DNA of 64,000 bases from Azolla caroliniana (GCA_043228905.1 JBHGNT010000014.1:13826001-13890000); one strand, 5' to 3'. Shown: positions 23,880 through 38,023, numbered from the stretch's first letter. A program made the numbers and translations. Notes: a model not told the origin generated them from the letters alone.

Positions 23880-25969
23880 TTCGGAGTGGATGGGGAAAGA
23901 TAAGCATGGTCCGGTCGTCTCTGGCAAAGATCTATTCTGGCGCATACCGGTGGATGCGCGGTTAGGTGGGGGCGGATGTCGTGGAGAAAACCGTCCCTAG
24001 GAGGAATCGGTGAATAGAGAGCGTGAACCGGCCCTTACACGTGGGCTCAAGTATTGATGAGGGGTACATAATTGGGGAATCGATGCGTATCTCTGTTTGA
24101 AGGGACAAAGAATAAAGGTGATGTGACCAGGGTGTAATGGTCCCTCCCGGCGGCCTAGATAAGGCAAGAGGACGAAGTGCTGTCGGACTAGGACCGAGCC
24201 CTTCTCCTCTGTCTTTCATTGTTCTCTACAGGTTTTGGGAGGCTGCCTCTACTTTGTGGAAAGCCCGAGTGCTTCCGGTAGAGGCTCCATCTCGCGTTGT
24301 CGGTGTGCGTTGTGTGGGTTGGGGTCTGCGCGTTGACGCTTGCCGGCTAGCCGGCTGTAATCTTGATCATATATATATATATATATATATATTTTATTCG
24401 TCGTTCGATCTTGATTATGAGTTCTTTGTATATTTGTGTGCACGGCTCGGTCGTGGTTTCGTGTCGCCCCTCCCTCGGTTCAGTTATTCCCCGGTTCAGG
24501 GCCCTCGCGGTCCTACCTTGGTTTGTCCTACGCGTGCAGAATAACACAACAACATTGCACTATGTTGAGCTTGATTCTCAACAAATACAATATAAATATC
24601 TATGGAGACGTTACAGATAGTAAAATATTACATCAATTACAATTGTTTTGTAACCTACACATTTCAATGTTTTGTATGTTTCTATATAAAAGCTTCTTGC
24701 TAGTAATGAAATACATTGAGTTCTTCTTTTACAACATTGTCTTCCCATATCTCTCCATCTCTCTTCCTCCCTGTCTTCGTCTTGTCTGTTATTGCCTCTT
24801 TTCCCTTACATAGTATCATAGCTTCTCCAAGGGACACCAAGCAAAACACAATACAACCCATTTGCTTGGATTGATCCAGACAATCCAAACAACATGTACT
24901 CCGAGGAAGAAATGGAAAACCTGTCTTCATTTACATCCAATGAAGCAGAAAATCAGAATCTCCTATCATCAACATCCAACAATATTTCAAGAAAGTATTC
25001 AATAGAGAAACTTACAAATAACAACTACCGGATGTGGAAGACAAGGATGGAGCTTATCCTAGAAAGAGTAAACCTAAAAGAGCTAGTGGATGGTTCAATG
25101 AGCATTCCAAATATACAAAATGGATTGAAACAATGGAAGAGTAGAGATTTGGGTGTTAGAATGGAAATCATGAGGCACCTCAGCGATGAACAAGTTGATG
25201 ATGTTCACGATTTGGAGAATGCCCAACAAATGTGGGAGTATCTACGAAAACCCCACCAACACTTTGATGGAACAACAAAAGTATTCCCATACAGGACTTT
25301 GATGAACCTAGAAATGCAAGAGGGAGAACAACTTGATGTATTATGTTACCCGGCCGACAAAGGAACAGAGACCAGAATGTGAAAGGGATAGTTATTCGGA
25401 ATATATTTAATTAAGTAAATTAGATTATAACTATGTAGTGAACAGACAAACCGGAATCGGTATGCCGATCTGGATCCGGACCAATTCCGAATAGGTGCCA
25501 GTTGGCACTGTTTTGTACACAGCACCGATGACCTATATAAAGGCCCAGTTACAATGTATAACTTTAACGGAGAATTAATATAAGCTTCTTGTTTTATCTT
25601 CACGTATTGATTACCGTTCTGAATTAATTGTTATACCTTACGCGTGTAATAAGTGTATGCCTTATTGCTAAGTAGCTAATTAAGTCGAAGTAATCATTGT
25701 GTCTTAAGTTATCTCGCCGTAACACCCCTTTGGTGAAGTGTCTTCCGGAGACACTCTATGTTAGGCCATTGTCCGGCCCTAAGGAATAACACAGTTTTTG
25801 GCGACCACGATTCCTACACAATCGCAGCGAACAGCGGCGGGAATGGATGACGCGACCAACGAACGACCCGGTTACGGAGCAAGCAAGGCAACTTGCTGAA
25901 CGGCTGAGGAAGCGAGAAGCTTTCCAACAAGCGGCAGAAGAAATCAGAGCGGATCGCTGATTTTCGAAA

Positions 25970-28900
25970 GTGATCCGGAGAGTGGCCAAGGAATCACTTC
26001 GGCTACCACAAAACTCCTACCCGAACGAAGGAAGCAGCCTAAGCAGCCTCCGGGAAGCAGAATCCCTTTTCCAGCGATTGGTAGCGGGGGAAGGCGAATC
26101 CGAAGCATTTTCAGCATTTGAATCAGGTTCGGACGGGGAATACAACGCACAGATGAACTACCGCAGCAATAACAACACCCCAGGCGGACCAGAGGATGAG
26201 GACTCGAATACTTTGCCGACACCAGAACCCGAGTCGACAAGGCCAGAAACTCCGGTACCAGATGTCGACCACACTCCGGAACCAGAATTCGACGACGAGA
26301 GACCTCTCACACCGGAAGTCGAGGAGGAGAAGTCTCTGACACCACAAGAGGAGCAGGAAAGACCTCCGACGGCGACAGAAGACCGGGGAAAACCTCCGAC
26401 ACCACCACAGGAGGAACGACCACCGACACCACCAACCCATGTACCGACACCGGATGACGATATGTCGTTCCAATATCCCAGATACCGGGATGATCCAGAC
26501 GCGGAAGCCCACGTCCATGTGTTTCAGGAGACCTAGGAAGCGAACCATGTGTCCCAACGCTTAAATGCAGTTGAAGAGGAATGCTCAAAACGGGCAGAGT
26601 TCGGCATGACCTTGGAGGGACTGGCCGCCAGATGGCACCGAACACAGGATCCCAACACCATCCCCACGTTTGAAACATTAAAGATAAAATTCTTGCATTT
26701 CTTCCTCAAGGAGATGGACCAGCGGGAAATGGTTGGGTTATTTTACAGTATCCGGCAGGAACCAACGGAGAACATCCAACAGTTTATCATCCGGTTCCAA
26801 CGGCTCCACAGTCAGCTCAACCGGACACCACTAGAGGAAGAAACAAAGGCCATATTCTTAGCAGCACTCTGGGAACCCTTACGGACGGTGTGCACGGTCA
26901 TCGATTTCCGCACCAACAGCATAGATCAAGTGATTGACCGAGTTCGGAAAATGGAAAACTCGAGTTCATGGCTAACCATGGGCGCACTTCAGCGTACGCT
27001 ATCAACAGAAGAGTACCTCCGTTTCCGACAAGCAATTCAATGTACGATATGCATGAATGCCGGTCATTCGGCGCTGGAATGGACCATGTGTTCCCAATGC
27101 TTGCTCTACCACTCCAGAAGTCACACAATGGAACGGTGTGAGTATAAAACTTGTTAAATCGACAAGCACCACCGGTTCGACAAATTGAACCACGGAGCAA
27201 CCGGGAGGAAGAAGAAGAACGTTGGCGGCGAGAGCAGCGCTACCGGCCGACACAAGATGTCCGGTATAGCGACCGAAGAGATGCGTATGACCGGTATGAT
27301 AGACAGGATAGATACCGGGACTATAATGGACGGTATGAAAGATATAACCGGGATCATTCCCTTGGTTACAACCACCGACGGGACGACTATGGCAAGGATG
27401 ACGACCACCCCCGGCAAGGATACCGCAACAAAAAGAATTTCAATAAGAAACATCATTTCAACAAAAAGGGGGGGCATCCATGGGAACCGGAAAAGGGCGC
27501 TCTGAGCAGCCAACCAAACCAAAACCAACCACTTGCCCCCAGTCCGCCACGAAGCACACACACTGAATCTAGCAACGCCCGGAAGCCGTACTGCTATTAT
27601 TGCCAGCAAGAGGGTCACTATAGTAATCAATGTCCGGCGAAGAGCTACGACAAACGACCAGTGGTGAACATGGTAGACGCGGAAGTCGCGGACATACAAC
27701 AAGTCACTACAAGATCAAAAGGCAAAGCCAAAGAGTGGGAAACTCAAGAAGCCATCCGGAAGCAGGCAACCGAATGGGTGAAGAAGGCAAATGAACGGAA
27801 TGCGGCTAAGCTCGAAAAACAAAAGGAGAATGCCGAAGAGCTCACTGGCCCGGGGCAACCCGAAAACCCAACATGGCAGGCATTACAAGAATGCCAAATC
27901 ACGTTGTCGTTAGGCCGCCTTTTGCAACTGGTACCACGGTTCACGGAAGGACGGCAGCTGACACACCACCGGCTCCGGCATTCTTTTCAAATCTGGAGGA
28001 AGGACCGGAAGTGGTGGACACAAGCAGTCCAGCAATCACAGCCATCGTGAAGGGAAAAGAGCTACTTGACACGATTATCGATGGAGGATCCAGCATGAAC
28101 GTGATCAGCCTCCGAACGTGTAACACGCTAGGAATCCAGAAGTGGGAACCGTGTCCGTTTTGGCTTCGGATGGCGGACACTAGCTCCGTACGGCCAACTG
28201 GATTAATACGCGATCTAGAAGTGACCATCGGGAGTCACACATTTCACATTTCCGCAGTAGTTCTCCAACTACAAGCTTAGGGAGCTTACCCACTATTGTT
28301 GGGATGGCCCTGGTTAAAAACAACACACATAAAGCAAAACTGGAGGAAGAACCAAATTACGTTCTAGCGTGGAAAAGCGAAAGTACGAGTACCGACTCAA
28401 CCACAATCTGGTGCCGGCAAGGAATCAACGCCGCTATATGCAGAATGTGTTAACATGCTAGAAGGATTGGCGGATGAAGAGGTCATTCAATACTTACAGG
28501 AAAATCCGAAGATCATACCTCTTTTCGAGATTGATGCAGCCGCAGCAGTATCACCATACGTACTACAACCGGACGGGACCGACGAGGAACCGGATAAAGA
28601 GGCAATCCGTGAATTACGGCAAGCACAGGAGGCACTAGAAAAAGAAATGGCAGTATCACAGTGCGTGAAAGCATCCCAACTAGAAGAGGTAAACCTAGGT
28701 ACCACAGAGGAGACAAGACCGATGCACATCGCCAAGGAAATAATTTCGGAGAACAAAACGGCAATGATCACACTCCTAAAAGAATTTCGCGATGTGTTCG
28801 CCTGGTCCTACAAAGACATGTCGGGACTCGATCCTCAGTTATATCAACACCAGATACATCTGAGCAAAGACGCCAAACCGGTAGCGCAACGGCGTTACTG

Positions 28901-31625
28901 GATGAACCCGAATTACGTAGCAAAGGTCAAAGCAGAAATCAACAAGTTGATGAGAGTGGGCTTCATCCGATCGGTAAAGAAAGCCACATGGCTCCGCCCG
29001 ATAGTGGTAGTATCCAAAAAGAACGGTAAGATCAGAGTGTGCGTCGACTACCGGAAATTGAATGCGGCTACGGTAACAGACGCCTTCCCACTTCCATTCA
29101 CGGATTAAGTCCTGGATGCAGTCGCCGGTCATAAGGTGTACAGTTTTCTGGATGTTTTCAGCGGCTATAATCAGATCCAGATGCACCCCGCCAACCAAGA
29201 GAAAACCACTTTTGTCACCGAATGGGGAGTCTTTGTTGCCATAGTGATGATGTTCGGACTGAAAACGGCACTAGCAACCTTCCAACGAATCATCATGGAA
29301 ATTTTCGGGGAATTCATTCCGGCATTCATGCAGGTGTTTTTGGATGACTTCGTTGTTTATAGCCAGGAAGGGGATCACCTTCAGCACCTCCTACTATGCC
29401 TAGAAAAATGTAGGGTTTACCGACTAGGCCTGAACCCGGCAAAATGCATGTTCGGAGTAACCAGTGGAGCGTTACTAGGCCTTATAGTCAGCAAGGACGG
29501 TATTGCAGTGGATCCGGACAAAGTAAAAGCAATCCTGGAGGCACCGGCACCAGCCATGGCAAAGGCACTAAGTCAGTTCTTAGGACAAATTCGGTGGCAT
29601 AGCCGAATGCTCCGGTATCTGGCAAATCTGGCTACACCACTGCATGCCGCAGTACATCGGACACCGTTCTGATGGACGAACACAGAAGACCAGGCTTACC
29701 GGGCACTAAAAGTATTGTTGTCACAAGCATAGGTGGTGCAACCTCTGGATTGGTCCAAAGAGTTCCATGTGTTCGTTGACGCGTCCGACATTGCAATCAG
29801 GAGCGCACTAATGAAACTGACAGAACCAAAATGGTACCGGCCAGTCTATTATGCCAGCTGGAAGTTGTCCCAAGCGGAACGTAATTATTCCACGACGGAA
29901 AGGGAGGCTTTGGGTATGATCTACAGTGTCACCAAGTTTAGACACTATCTGTTGGGAAGGAAATTTTCCTTTCACGTAGATCATTCGGCACTCCTCTATT
30001 TGGTGTCCAAAGCATCACTCACCGGTAAGCTGGCCCGGTGGACGTTACTACTACAAGAATTTGAGTTCAAGATATTCCACCGACCCGGCATACAGCATGT
30101 GGTAGCGGACTATTTAAGCCGGCTGGATTCTGGCGAAACTAGTGACGGAGTTCCAAACGACTTTCCGGATGCAAAGTTGTTTAGAGTCACAGCAGAAACG
30201 GCAACGGATAGTTTGGTCGCAGAGGAAGACAAGTGGCTCACTAACATGCACCAATTTCTAAGCACCAGTTTACCTCCGAAGGAGATGAACAGAGACGAAA
30301 GGAAACGCTTAGCGGTTCAAAGCCGACACTTCTGTCTATTGCAGGACACACTGTACCACAAAGGCACAGATTGCATATGGCGGCGTGCGGTGCGCAGTGA
30401 CGAAAGGGAAGTAATATTGCGCGAGGCACACTGCGGCGTGGCCGGGGGACATTATTTCGGAGACGCTACGGCAAGGAAAATATGGCAGAGTGGACTATGG
30501 TGGCTGACAACATTGAAAGATGTCGTCCGGTACGCTAAAGAATGTGACCTATGTCAACGAATGGGGCAACCAACCGAACACGCTAGAATGCCTCACCAGC
30601 CCGTGCTACTGTTAGAACCATTTCAGAAATGGGGGCTAGATTTTGTCGGTCCGTTCAAACCACTAGCAATGAGAACTGGCAACTGGTACGTGATCGTCGC
30701 TACGGATTACTGCACGAAATGGGTGGAAGCAAAAGCACTACGCGACAACACCGCGGCATCCACGGCAAAAAATTTATATGAATGCATCTGGTGCCGATAT
30801 GGATGTCCGATAGACCTCATAAGTGACCAAGGTGGGCACTTCTTAGGGCAAGTAGTGGAAAGTTTGACAACATTTTATGTGGTGGTGCACAAACGGAGCA
30901 CTCCCTATTATCCGCAAGCCAACAGATTAGCAGAGTCAACAAATAAAACACTACAGAATATCCTGCGGAAAATCGTCAATGAGAACCGGACGGATTGGGA
31001 TACAAAGTTGCATAGTGCACTCTGGGCCTACCGAAAGGCATATAAAACAAGTATCTGCACAATATGGTTCCGCCTAGCATTCGGATTGGAAGCAGTGACG
31101 CTGGTAGAGTTCCAGGTCCCGAGTCTACGAATACAGATTTGGGAACGCCTAAATGAGAAGGAATCGGAAGCTATCTGGTTAAACGCGTTGTGCGAATTGG
31201 AAGAACACCGGCTAGCCAGCATCATGCACCTAGAAGTAGAGGAACGGCGAAGGAAGGCGTTCGTGGATCGTCACCTTAAAGGGAACAAAAAGATGTTCGA
31301 CATCGGTAAGCCGGTACTTGTGTTCCAGACCCGGATGGGTAAGATGCCAGGAAAGCTACAGTTTCGGTGGACCGGACCATACTGGATTATGCGAGAGTTC
31401 AATGGTTCCTACCAATTAGGGACCCTCGCCGGCGAGGTTCTGGGTAAATGGGTCAATGGGTTCCGACTCAAACCATACAATGGACCCATGCCAAAAAACC
31501 CATTTCAACAAGTGAAGGGCGACACAAAACCAGACACCGGTAAGTCGGAAGCGACAACAAGCGGTCCAACGTCCGGCAAGGATCACAATCCGGATAGGGG
31601 TCCAGTGGGACTGGTTGCTAATTAG
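25970..31625 (+). pseudogene. gag-pol of K
   Basis: Pro/Glu/Thr-rich N-terminus, zinc knuckle CYYCQQEGHYSNQC, protease IIDGGS, RT CVDYRKLN/FLDD, RNase H VDASD, integrase WGLDFVGP/SDQG/GPY, several stops. Confidence 0.92.
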
Positions 31626-32012
31626 CAAAACCATTAAAAAATAATCAAAAAATCAAAAAATCAAAGTAAATCATGCAAGGGCGAGGGGTGAACAGACACA
31701 TGCAAAAACAAGGAGTGAATAGGCACTTTGAAAAGGTACGTAGTGGGCTATTAATAGGGTATTAAACCACCACCACATGGCACGTCATTCTATTTTAGTA
31801 CACGACGTGCACATGCGCGGGTAATGAAAAATAAAATAAAAATAGGCGCCAACATGCAACAAGAAGACCCCCGCCACATAGAAACTCTCACATTTCGCGA
31901 ACAAAGGAGCACAAACGCAGACAAGTGATTGAAGATCAGCAGATGCGAACCCATGCACACAGAGACTCCTCACACATGACCCTCACCAGCGCTCACCGAC
32001 CTTGACGAAACC

Positions 32013-33737
32013 ATGGACTGCCAAGCACTCTCTGAAGCAGCCAAGAAGTGGCTAAAGCAACACGGCTTAGAGGGTTTCCTCACCATCATGGAGGCTCCAC
32101 CGCACCGGGAGGCCGAGAAGATAGTCAAAGAAATCAACACGGAGTTGATTACTGAGGAGGCCATCCATGCGTTGATTGGTCTTCCGGAAGGGGGAATCTT
32201 CACTATCGACAATCCTACCCCGGAATAGCTCCGAAAATATTTTGGGGAATACTCTCTCGCAAGCAAGGCCTACCGGACACAGGGCGGGGAAGATCCTCTC
32301 TTTCGAGAGATTGCCCGTGTGTTCCATGAATTCGGACATGTATACCCTCGACCCCCTTGCATGCCCCAGAAACGGGCCGGCTTAATCATAGCCACATATG
32401 AAGGCGTGAAGGTGGACTGGGTGGTATTGATTGCGGATGGCCTCTGTATGGGCATCGAATCTGTCAGAGGCAAAGAGGGTCGGAAGATATGGACGGCAGT
32501 GGCGCAATGGCTCACCCTATTGGCACCACCTATCAAACCCGTGAAGGCCACGAAGCGGGGAAGGACAACCGAAGGCACCCCGAAAACGGCAACAGTTGTT
32601 GGCTTCCAAGGCAACCAAAGGGAAGGTGGCTGACACGGACCAGGTGGCAAAGGAGCGCGCCAATAGGAAGCGGCAGGCGGAAACACAGGAGGAGCCACCG
32701 GTTCGGCCTATCAAGATCAGGCTTAGCTGGCCGGTTCAACAAGCGTCGGACCCCTTGGCAGCGAAAATCAACATCAGGACTAAGGAGGAGGAAGCAAAGG
32801 AGGAACCGTTAGAGCACCTCCAGTCGTGCCAAAAGGCAAGCACCTCCAGCCGTGCCAGAAGGCAAGCACCTCCGAACATGCTGGGGAGCGTTTGAACCCA
32901 AAGAAGGATGGAACGCCTATACCCCGCCCTGAGCAGCCCGCACCAAGGATGGAACTGGAACCGGTTCGGACAGAACCGGCCACAGAGCCCCCTGCACAAC
33001 AACCTCTACCGACGGGTCGGGATACGGCAAGACTCGATATGCATTCAGAGGCGGAGCGGCCAACGGAGCCGCAACCAGAACGGCAAAGTGGTCACCAACA
33101 AGAGCTATAGTTGCAGCTCGACGCAACTGGACAAAACCGACCACTGGCCAACGACACCAACAGCCAACCCTCCAGGCAGACGCAACAACAGGGCACCGGC
33201 AGCCAATGGCTCCGATGGATCGGAGAACACATTGCCGGAGTGGTACACTACATAGAGGCAGAAGAAAAACCGCAGATGGACCGGTTGCTTGTCACAACCG
33301 GAGAACTAGAGACGGCCCGGTCAAGGATCTGGAGCCTAGAACAAGACTTCAACCTGGCCACAGAAGAATTGGCCAAAATGACCTTAACTGGACCACAGCT
33401 CCAAGCACCAGTGACCCCGGTCGATGTACAGAATAAAGAAGCACCAGCACTTGTACATAGCAATAAGACCTCGGAGACGGAAACAGTCCCGGAGATAATG
33501 GCAGCACAAGCAAAAGAGCTTGCTGAATTAAGAGATGAACTAGCCGCACAGGAAGCATTACGCACCCGAGAGCAGGACTTGAAGAAAGCAGCAGAAGAAG
33601 AGCAACGAAAGACTGCTGAGAACCTCCGCCGGGCAGAAGAGAATCTGCGGAAAGGACATCAGGCCTACGACCGGCTAAAGGAGGAGAAAGAGAAGGCACT
33701 GCAAGAAAAGGAGAAGCTACGATGGATGCATGCCATG
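32013..33737 (+). pseudogene. Extra sense ORF downstream of pol in K (PMD/Athila-ORF2-like N-terminus, coiled-coil C-terminus)
   Basis: Collinear ORF pieces 32013-32633, 32596-32895, 32826-33110 and 33111 onward. Motifs ITEEAIHALIGLP and KVDWVVLI; E/K/A-rich heptads at the end. Confidence 0.7.
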
Positions 33738-36103
33738 TGTTACCCGGCCGACAAAGGAGCAGAGACCAGAATGTGAAAGGGATGGTTATTCGGAATATAT
33801 TTAATTAAGTAAATTAGATTATAATTATGTAGTGAAGGACGGACCGGAATCGGAATGCCGAGCCAGATCCGGACCAATTCCGAACTAGTGCCGGTTGGCA
33901 CCATTTTGTACGCAGCACCGGTGACCTATATAAAGGCTTGGTTACAATGTATAACTTTAAAGGAGAATTAATATAAGCTTCTTGTTTTATCTTCACGTAT
34001 TGATTACCGTTCTGAATTAATTGTTATATATTACGCATGTAATAAGTGTATGCCTTATTGCTAAGTAGCTAATTAAGTCGAAGTAATCGTTGTGTCTTAA
34101 GTTATCTTGCCGTAACACCCCTTTGGTGAAGTGTCTTCCAGAGACACTCTGTGTTAGGCCATTGTCTGGCCCTAAGGAATAACATATTCGTCAGCAAATG
34201 GAAGAAATAACTAGATGCGACAGTCATAACAGGAAACAACATAGAGGAGACCTCAAAATGTGAGATTTTGATGGGAGCATTACCATCATCTTAGATGACA
34301 TTTGTTAGCATCCACAGTGAAGACAAAAATCTCAATCTACAAAACCTAATAGCAAGACGAATTGCGAAGGAAAAGGACAAATACTCAACATGAAGTGAAC
34401 CACATGGCCATGGCAGCACCAATGAGGAATCAACCAAGAAACTTTTCAAAAGAAAAGTTCCAAAATTTCAGCCTAAAACTAGACCAAGTGGATCAGGTGC
34501 CATTACCTTATCCACAATCATTTGTAGGTACTGCAACAAACGAGGCCACTTCGAACGGGACTGCAGAAAGAAGTAGTACGACCTGAAAGGAAAAGGGAAG
34601 AGAGTTCATCCTCAAGAACATAGCACCCAGTATAGAATCCAAACAATTTCATTCAAGCTTTTATGAGTGAAGTGGAAGATCAATGCATAAACTAAAAGAA
34701 TGATGATAACAATCTATTGTTTTTTGACACCGGTCCTACTCATCACTTGACCAATAACTGGAGTATTCTACACAACTACCTACTTCTCTCACAACCGCTT
34801 GAAGTGAGATTTGGTGACAACGGAATGAAAGTCGCCATCGGCAAAGGAGAAGTACACCTATCTATGAATCATTCAAAATCAGTAAGTATACCTAATGTTT
34901 ATTATGTTCCAGGAATAATGAAGACCTTACTTTCCGTAAGTGAAGCCATTGCAAAGGGAACCATTATTGAATTTCATTGCTATTGTGCATTAATTTACCA
35001 CAAACTACCAACCGGTGAAACAATGAATATCACATGTCCAAAATTAGGGCGGTTATACCCACTACAAATGGTAGACAAAACGTTTATCTGAGCCCTCATT
35101 GCAAGAAGATACATCCATGCTGATTCAACATTACTTTGGCATCATCGACTTGGGCATCTCAACCCAAAGTAAATGAACACATGACAAATCCAGAAGTTCC
35201 TTGAAGGAATCCCCACTAGGCCCTTCAAATATATTTTTGTGTGTGACGGATGTATATACGGCAAACAATGTTGGCAAAAATTCGCAACTAACAACAACAA
35301 AAAGACAAAATGACCATTACAAGTTGTTCATTCAGGTCTGTGTGGACCGATACAAACAACATCCTTGGATGGTAATAAGTATTTCATCTCTTTCAATGAT
35401 GATTTCACTATATTATATTTTCTTAAAGAAAAGTCAGGGGCCTTCAAAGATTTCATTTCCTACACGGCATATGTGGAGAATCATGGCCAACAAAAAATTT
35501 CCATAATTCGGAGTGATAGTGGTGCTGAGTATTTTTCCAAAGAATGGATAAAGTTTTGTGCAAATCACGAGTTCAAAGCATGAGGATACAGTTCCCTACA
35601 ACCCACAACAAAATGGGATAGGTGACGGAAGAACAAAACTCTACTTGATGCAAGTAGATGTCTGTTACAAGTTGTGGGTCTACATAACCAATTGTGGCAA
35701 GTAGCTATTGCTATAGAATGCTACCTACAAAACAAATCACCACATAAAGTATTGGGACTAAACACCCCACACGCAATATCGTATGGCCACAAACTACACC
35801 TTGGACATCTACGTGTGTTTGGTTGCATTGCGTACAACCATATTCCTCAAAAGAAACGAAGGACGTTGAATCCTCATGCAAGGAAATGCATGTTCACAGG
35901 CTATGGAGAAGCATTGGGTGTAAAAGAATTTCTCTTCAGCCAATCTGTCACTTTCGATGAAGCAACGATAATGAAGAAACACACAAACCATGAGGTACAT
36001 AATCTAAATGAGAATTCTCAAAATGAACTAACATTTTCTAGCGATTCTCAGGTTGTAAAATATGGTGGCCCTATCACACAAGATCGATCTAAGCAACTAC
36101 AAC

Positions 36104-36450
36104 AAAACCAATTTCATGGAAAACGAAATCAATACAATATGCCAAACAGAAACATATTCATGGAAGGAGATTGGAATAATGAAGAAATGACAAATCACCC
36201 AACATCGATAAACTCAAGCGGCCACAACATAGCTAAATCAGAAAATCATTATGACAGTCAAAAAAAATTCAGACACAAAACCAATTTCATGGAAAAGGAA
36301 ATCAATAGAATATGCCAAATAGAAACATGTTCATGCAAGGAGATTGTAATAATGAAGAAATGACAAATCACCCAACATCGATAAACTCAAGCGGCCACAA
36401 CATAGATAAATTAGAAAATCATTATAGCGGCCAAAACAAATTCAGACAAA
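36104..36450 (+). repeat. ~174-bp tandem duplication in I
   Basis: AAAACCAATTTCATGGAAAA starts at ~36104 and ~36278. Confidence 0.85.
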
Positions 36451-36771
36451 GAAATTGTTACCCGGTGGGACAAGTGTGAAACTTAGCAAAACTAGTCGAG
36501 TACTAACAACTGAAAAAGGAAGCCGAATATAAAGGAGTGGAAAACGCCGAGCAGAAGGGATGCTATATATATATTCAAGGGAAACAAACACAAGAGGGGG
36601 GGGCATACTAATGCACAAGAGAGGACAATGCTGAGTTATAATTAGTACTTGTGCATGCGGGATCTGAGTACTTAGTTGTAAACCATAGTCAGTACTTGTG
36701 CATGTGCACCAGAGAGGACAATACTATGGTGTAAAATAAGGATACATTACAAATCTTGAACCTTAATTAGT

Positions 36772-38023
36772 ATTGCTAGAGAGAACAGAAATTCAACTGT
36801 GTTTGGCTATCTAAGTATGTTGGTCAACCAAGGATTGTTTAGAAAAATAAAAGTCAAGTTTCTTTTGGTTGGCCACACACATGATCATATAGATCAAATG
36901 TTTAGCACATTCTCTAGATAGTTCTCTCGGCATGATGCTTTCACATTACCCAAACTATTTGATGTCATTTGTGATGCCTACACACCATGCCCAAAAGTGT
37001 TACATTTGAAGGAGATATATGACTTTAAGAGATATATATCAGATGGGGGTGTTGGGAATGTTAAAGTGCTCGCCTAGTTAAACAATATAAGCTTCAATCA
37101 CATTTTTATGATAAAGAAAAATGAAATAAGTGGTTCTACGCTTTTGTATGCCAAGCAATATTCATCTTCTACAAAATGGGAACCTGAAGGCAATTGCCAG
37201 TTCTTACTTTGTATGCCGAGTACAATATTCCATGGAGCTAAACAAATGCCAATTGAGAAGAAAGGATAGTTGCATCGTGACTTGATAGAAGAACAAAAAC
37301 ACTTATGTCTCCAAGCCTTAACCGAAAAAAGGAAGCATATTGAGGCCGCAAAGAAATATGCCGCACAACAAGACACGTCATGGTGGGATGTTTTTTTTAG
37401 TGATCAGAAAGGAATTATTGACAATTGTGTATTTGGTGATAATTGGACTTTGGAAATGCCATTCACATGGTCGCAACAACATGATCGTGTAAATAAAACT
37501 CCGGAGCAACCAACTAATGCGATTAATGACAGTTTGGTTCATCCACAACAAAGAGACATTTATGTGGGACCAAGGATGACCAGAGCAGTTGAAGCTAGAT
37601 GGCAAGGCAATTTGCAAGAGCTCGCAGTGGGGATGTTGATTGGAACACCTCCTGATGAACAACTCAAAAGACCACCAATTTTGGATTGGTAAAATTCTAG
37701 AAGTACTAATGCATGAAATAGAAAACACGATCAAGTCTATAAAAGTGCATTGGTACAACACTAGAAATGAAAATGCTTTTGTAGGTAAGTATACATTGGA
37801 GATGATTGCATGCCCGACAACAAGGGGAAATAAGAAGAGGAAGAAAAACATTCGTAACACCTTGACTATTGATATCTTTGATGTGGATATCATCATGTAC
37901 AACTTCACGCTTACAAAACTTGGATGTTTAAGGAATTCAACAGTAGATATAATAATAGAAAAATTACCAGGTCTACAAGGTGACTCAAGTCGAAGGCAAA
38001 CGAGATCTACATTTGGTTTATGA
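36772..38023 (+). pseudogene. DNA transposon transposase relic (Sola-like catalytic C-half)
   Basis: Manual translation from 36772 gives IARENRNSTVFGYLSMLVNQGLFRKIKVKFLLVGHTHDHIDQMFS. It continues through ORFs 37270-37692 and 37640-38023. Confidence 0.7.

Larger units (their letters stand above)
18291..24551 (+). mobile_element. Non-chromovirus gypsy element F, degenerate (RT/RNase H deleted)
   Basis: LTRs 18291-18862 and 23977-24551, Trp PBS TGGTGAACCCGACGTGA at 18867-18883, PPT before 23977, flanks ACGT/ACAT. Confidence 0.92.
17674..24583 (-). mobile_element. Copia-type element H: 5' LTR (17865-18290 plus 24552-24583, split by F), PBS and leader
   Basis: Degenerate Met PBS (CTCTCATACCA on +, ending 17864). 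The minus-strand LTR start TGTTGAGAATCAAGCTCAAC resembles the C and J LTR starts. Confidence 0.7.
25344..34184 (+). mobile_element. Non-chromovirus gypsy element K with extra 3' ORF
   Basis: LTRs 25344-25791 and 33738-34184 (TG..CA). TSD TATTA/TATTC. PBS TGGCGACCACGA at ~25799-25810, likely tRNA-Arg type. Confidence 0.93.
24584..36455 (+). mobile_element. Old copia element I (partial 5' LTR, gag split by K, protease, integrase; RT missing)
   Basis: LTR end CA at 24810, degenerate PBS TAGTATCATAGC, gag KLTNNNYRMWK, protease FFDTGPTHH, GAG-pre-integrase LWHHRLGH, integrase IRSDSGAEY and LRVFGC. Confidence 0.85.

Noticed and set aside
36456-36760. TGTTACCCGG start resembling the K LTR
   Set aside because: Similarity is limited to ~10 bp, and no end, PBS or PPT could be identified.
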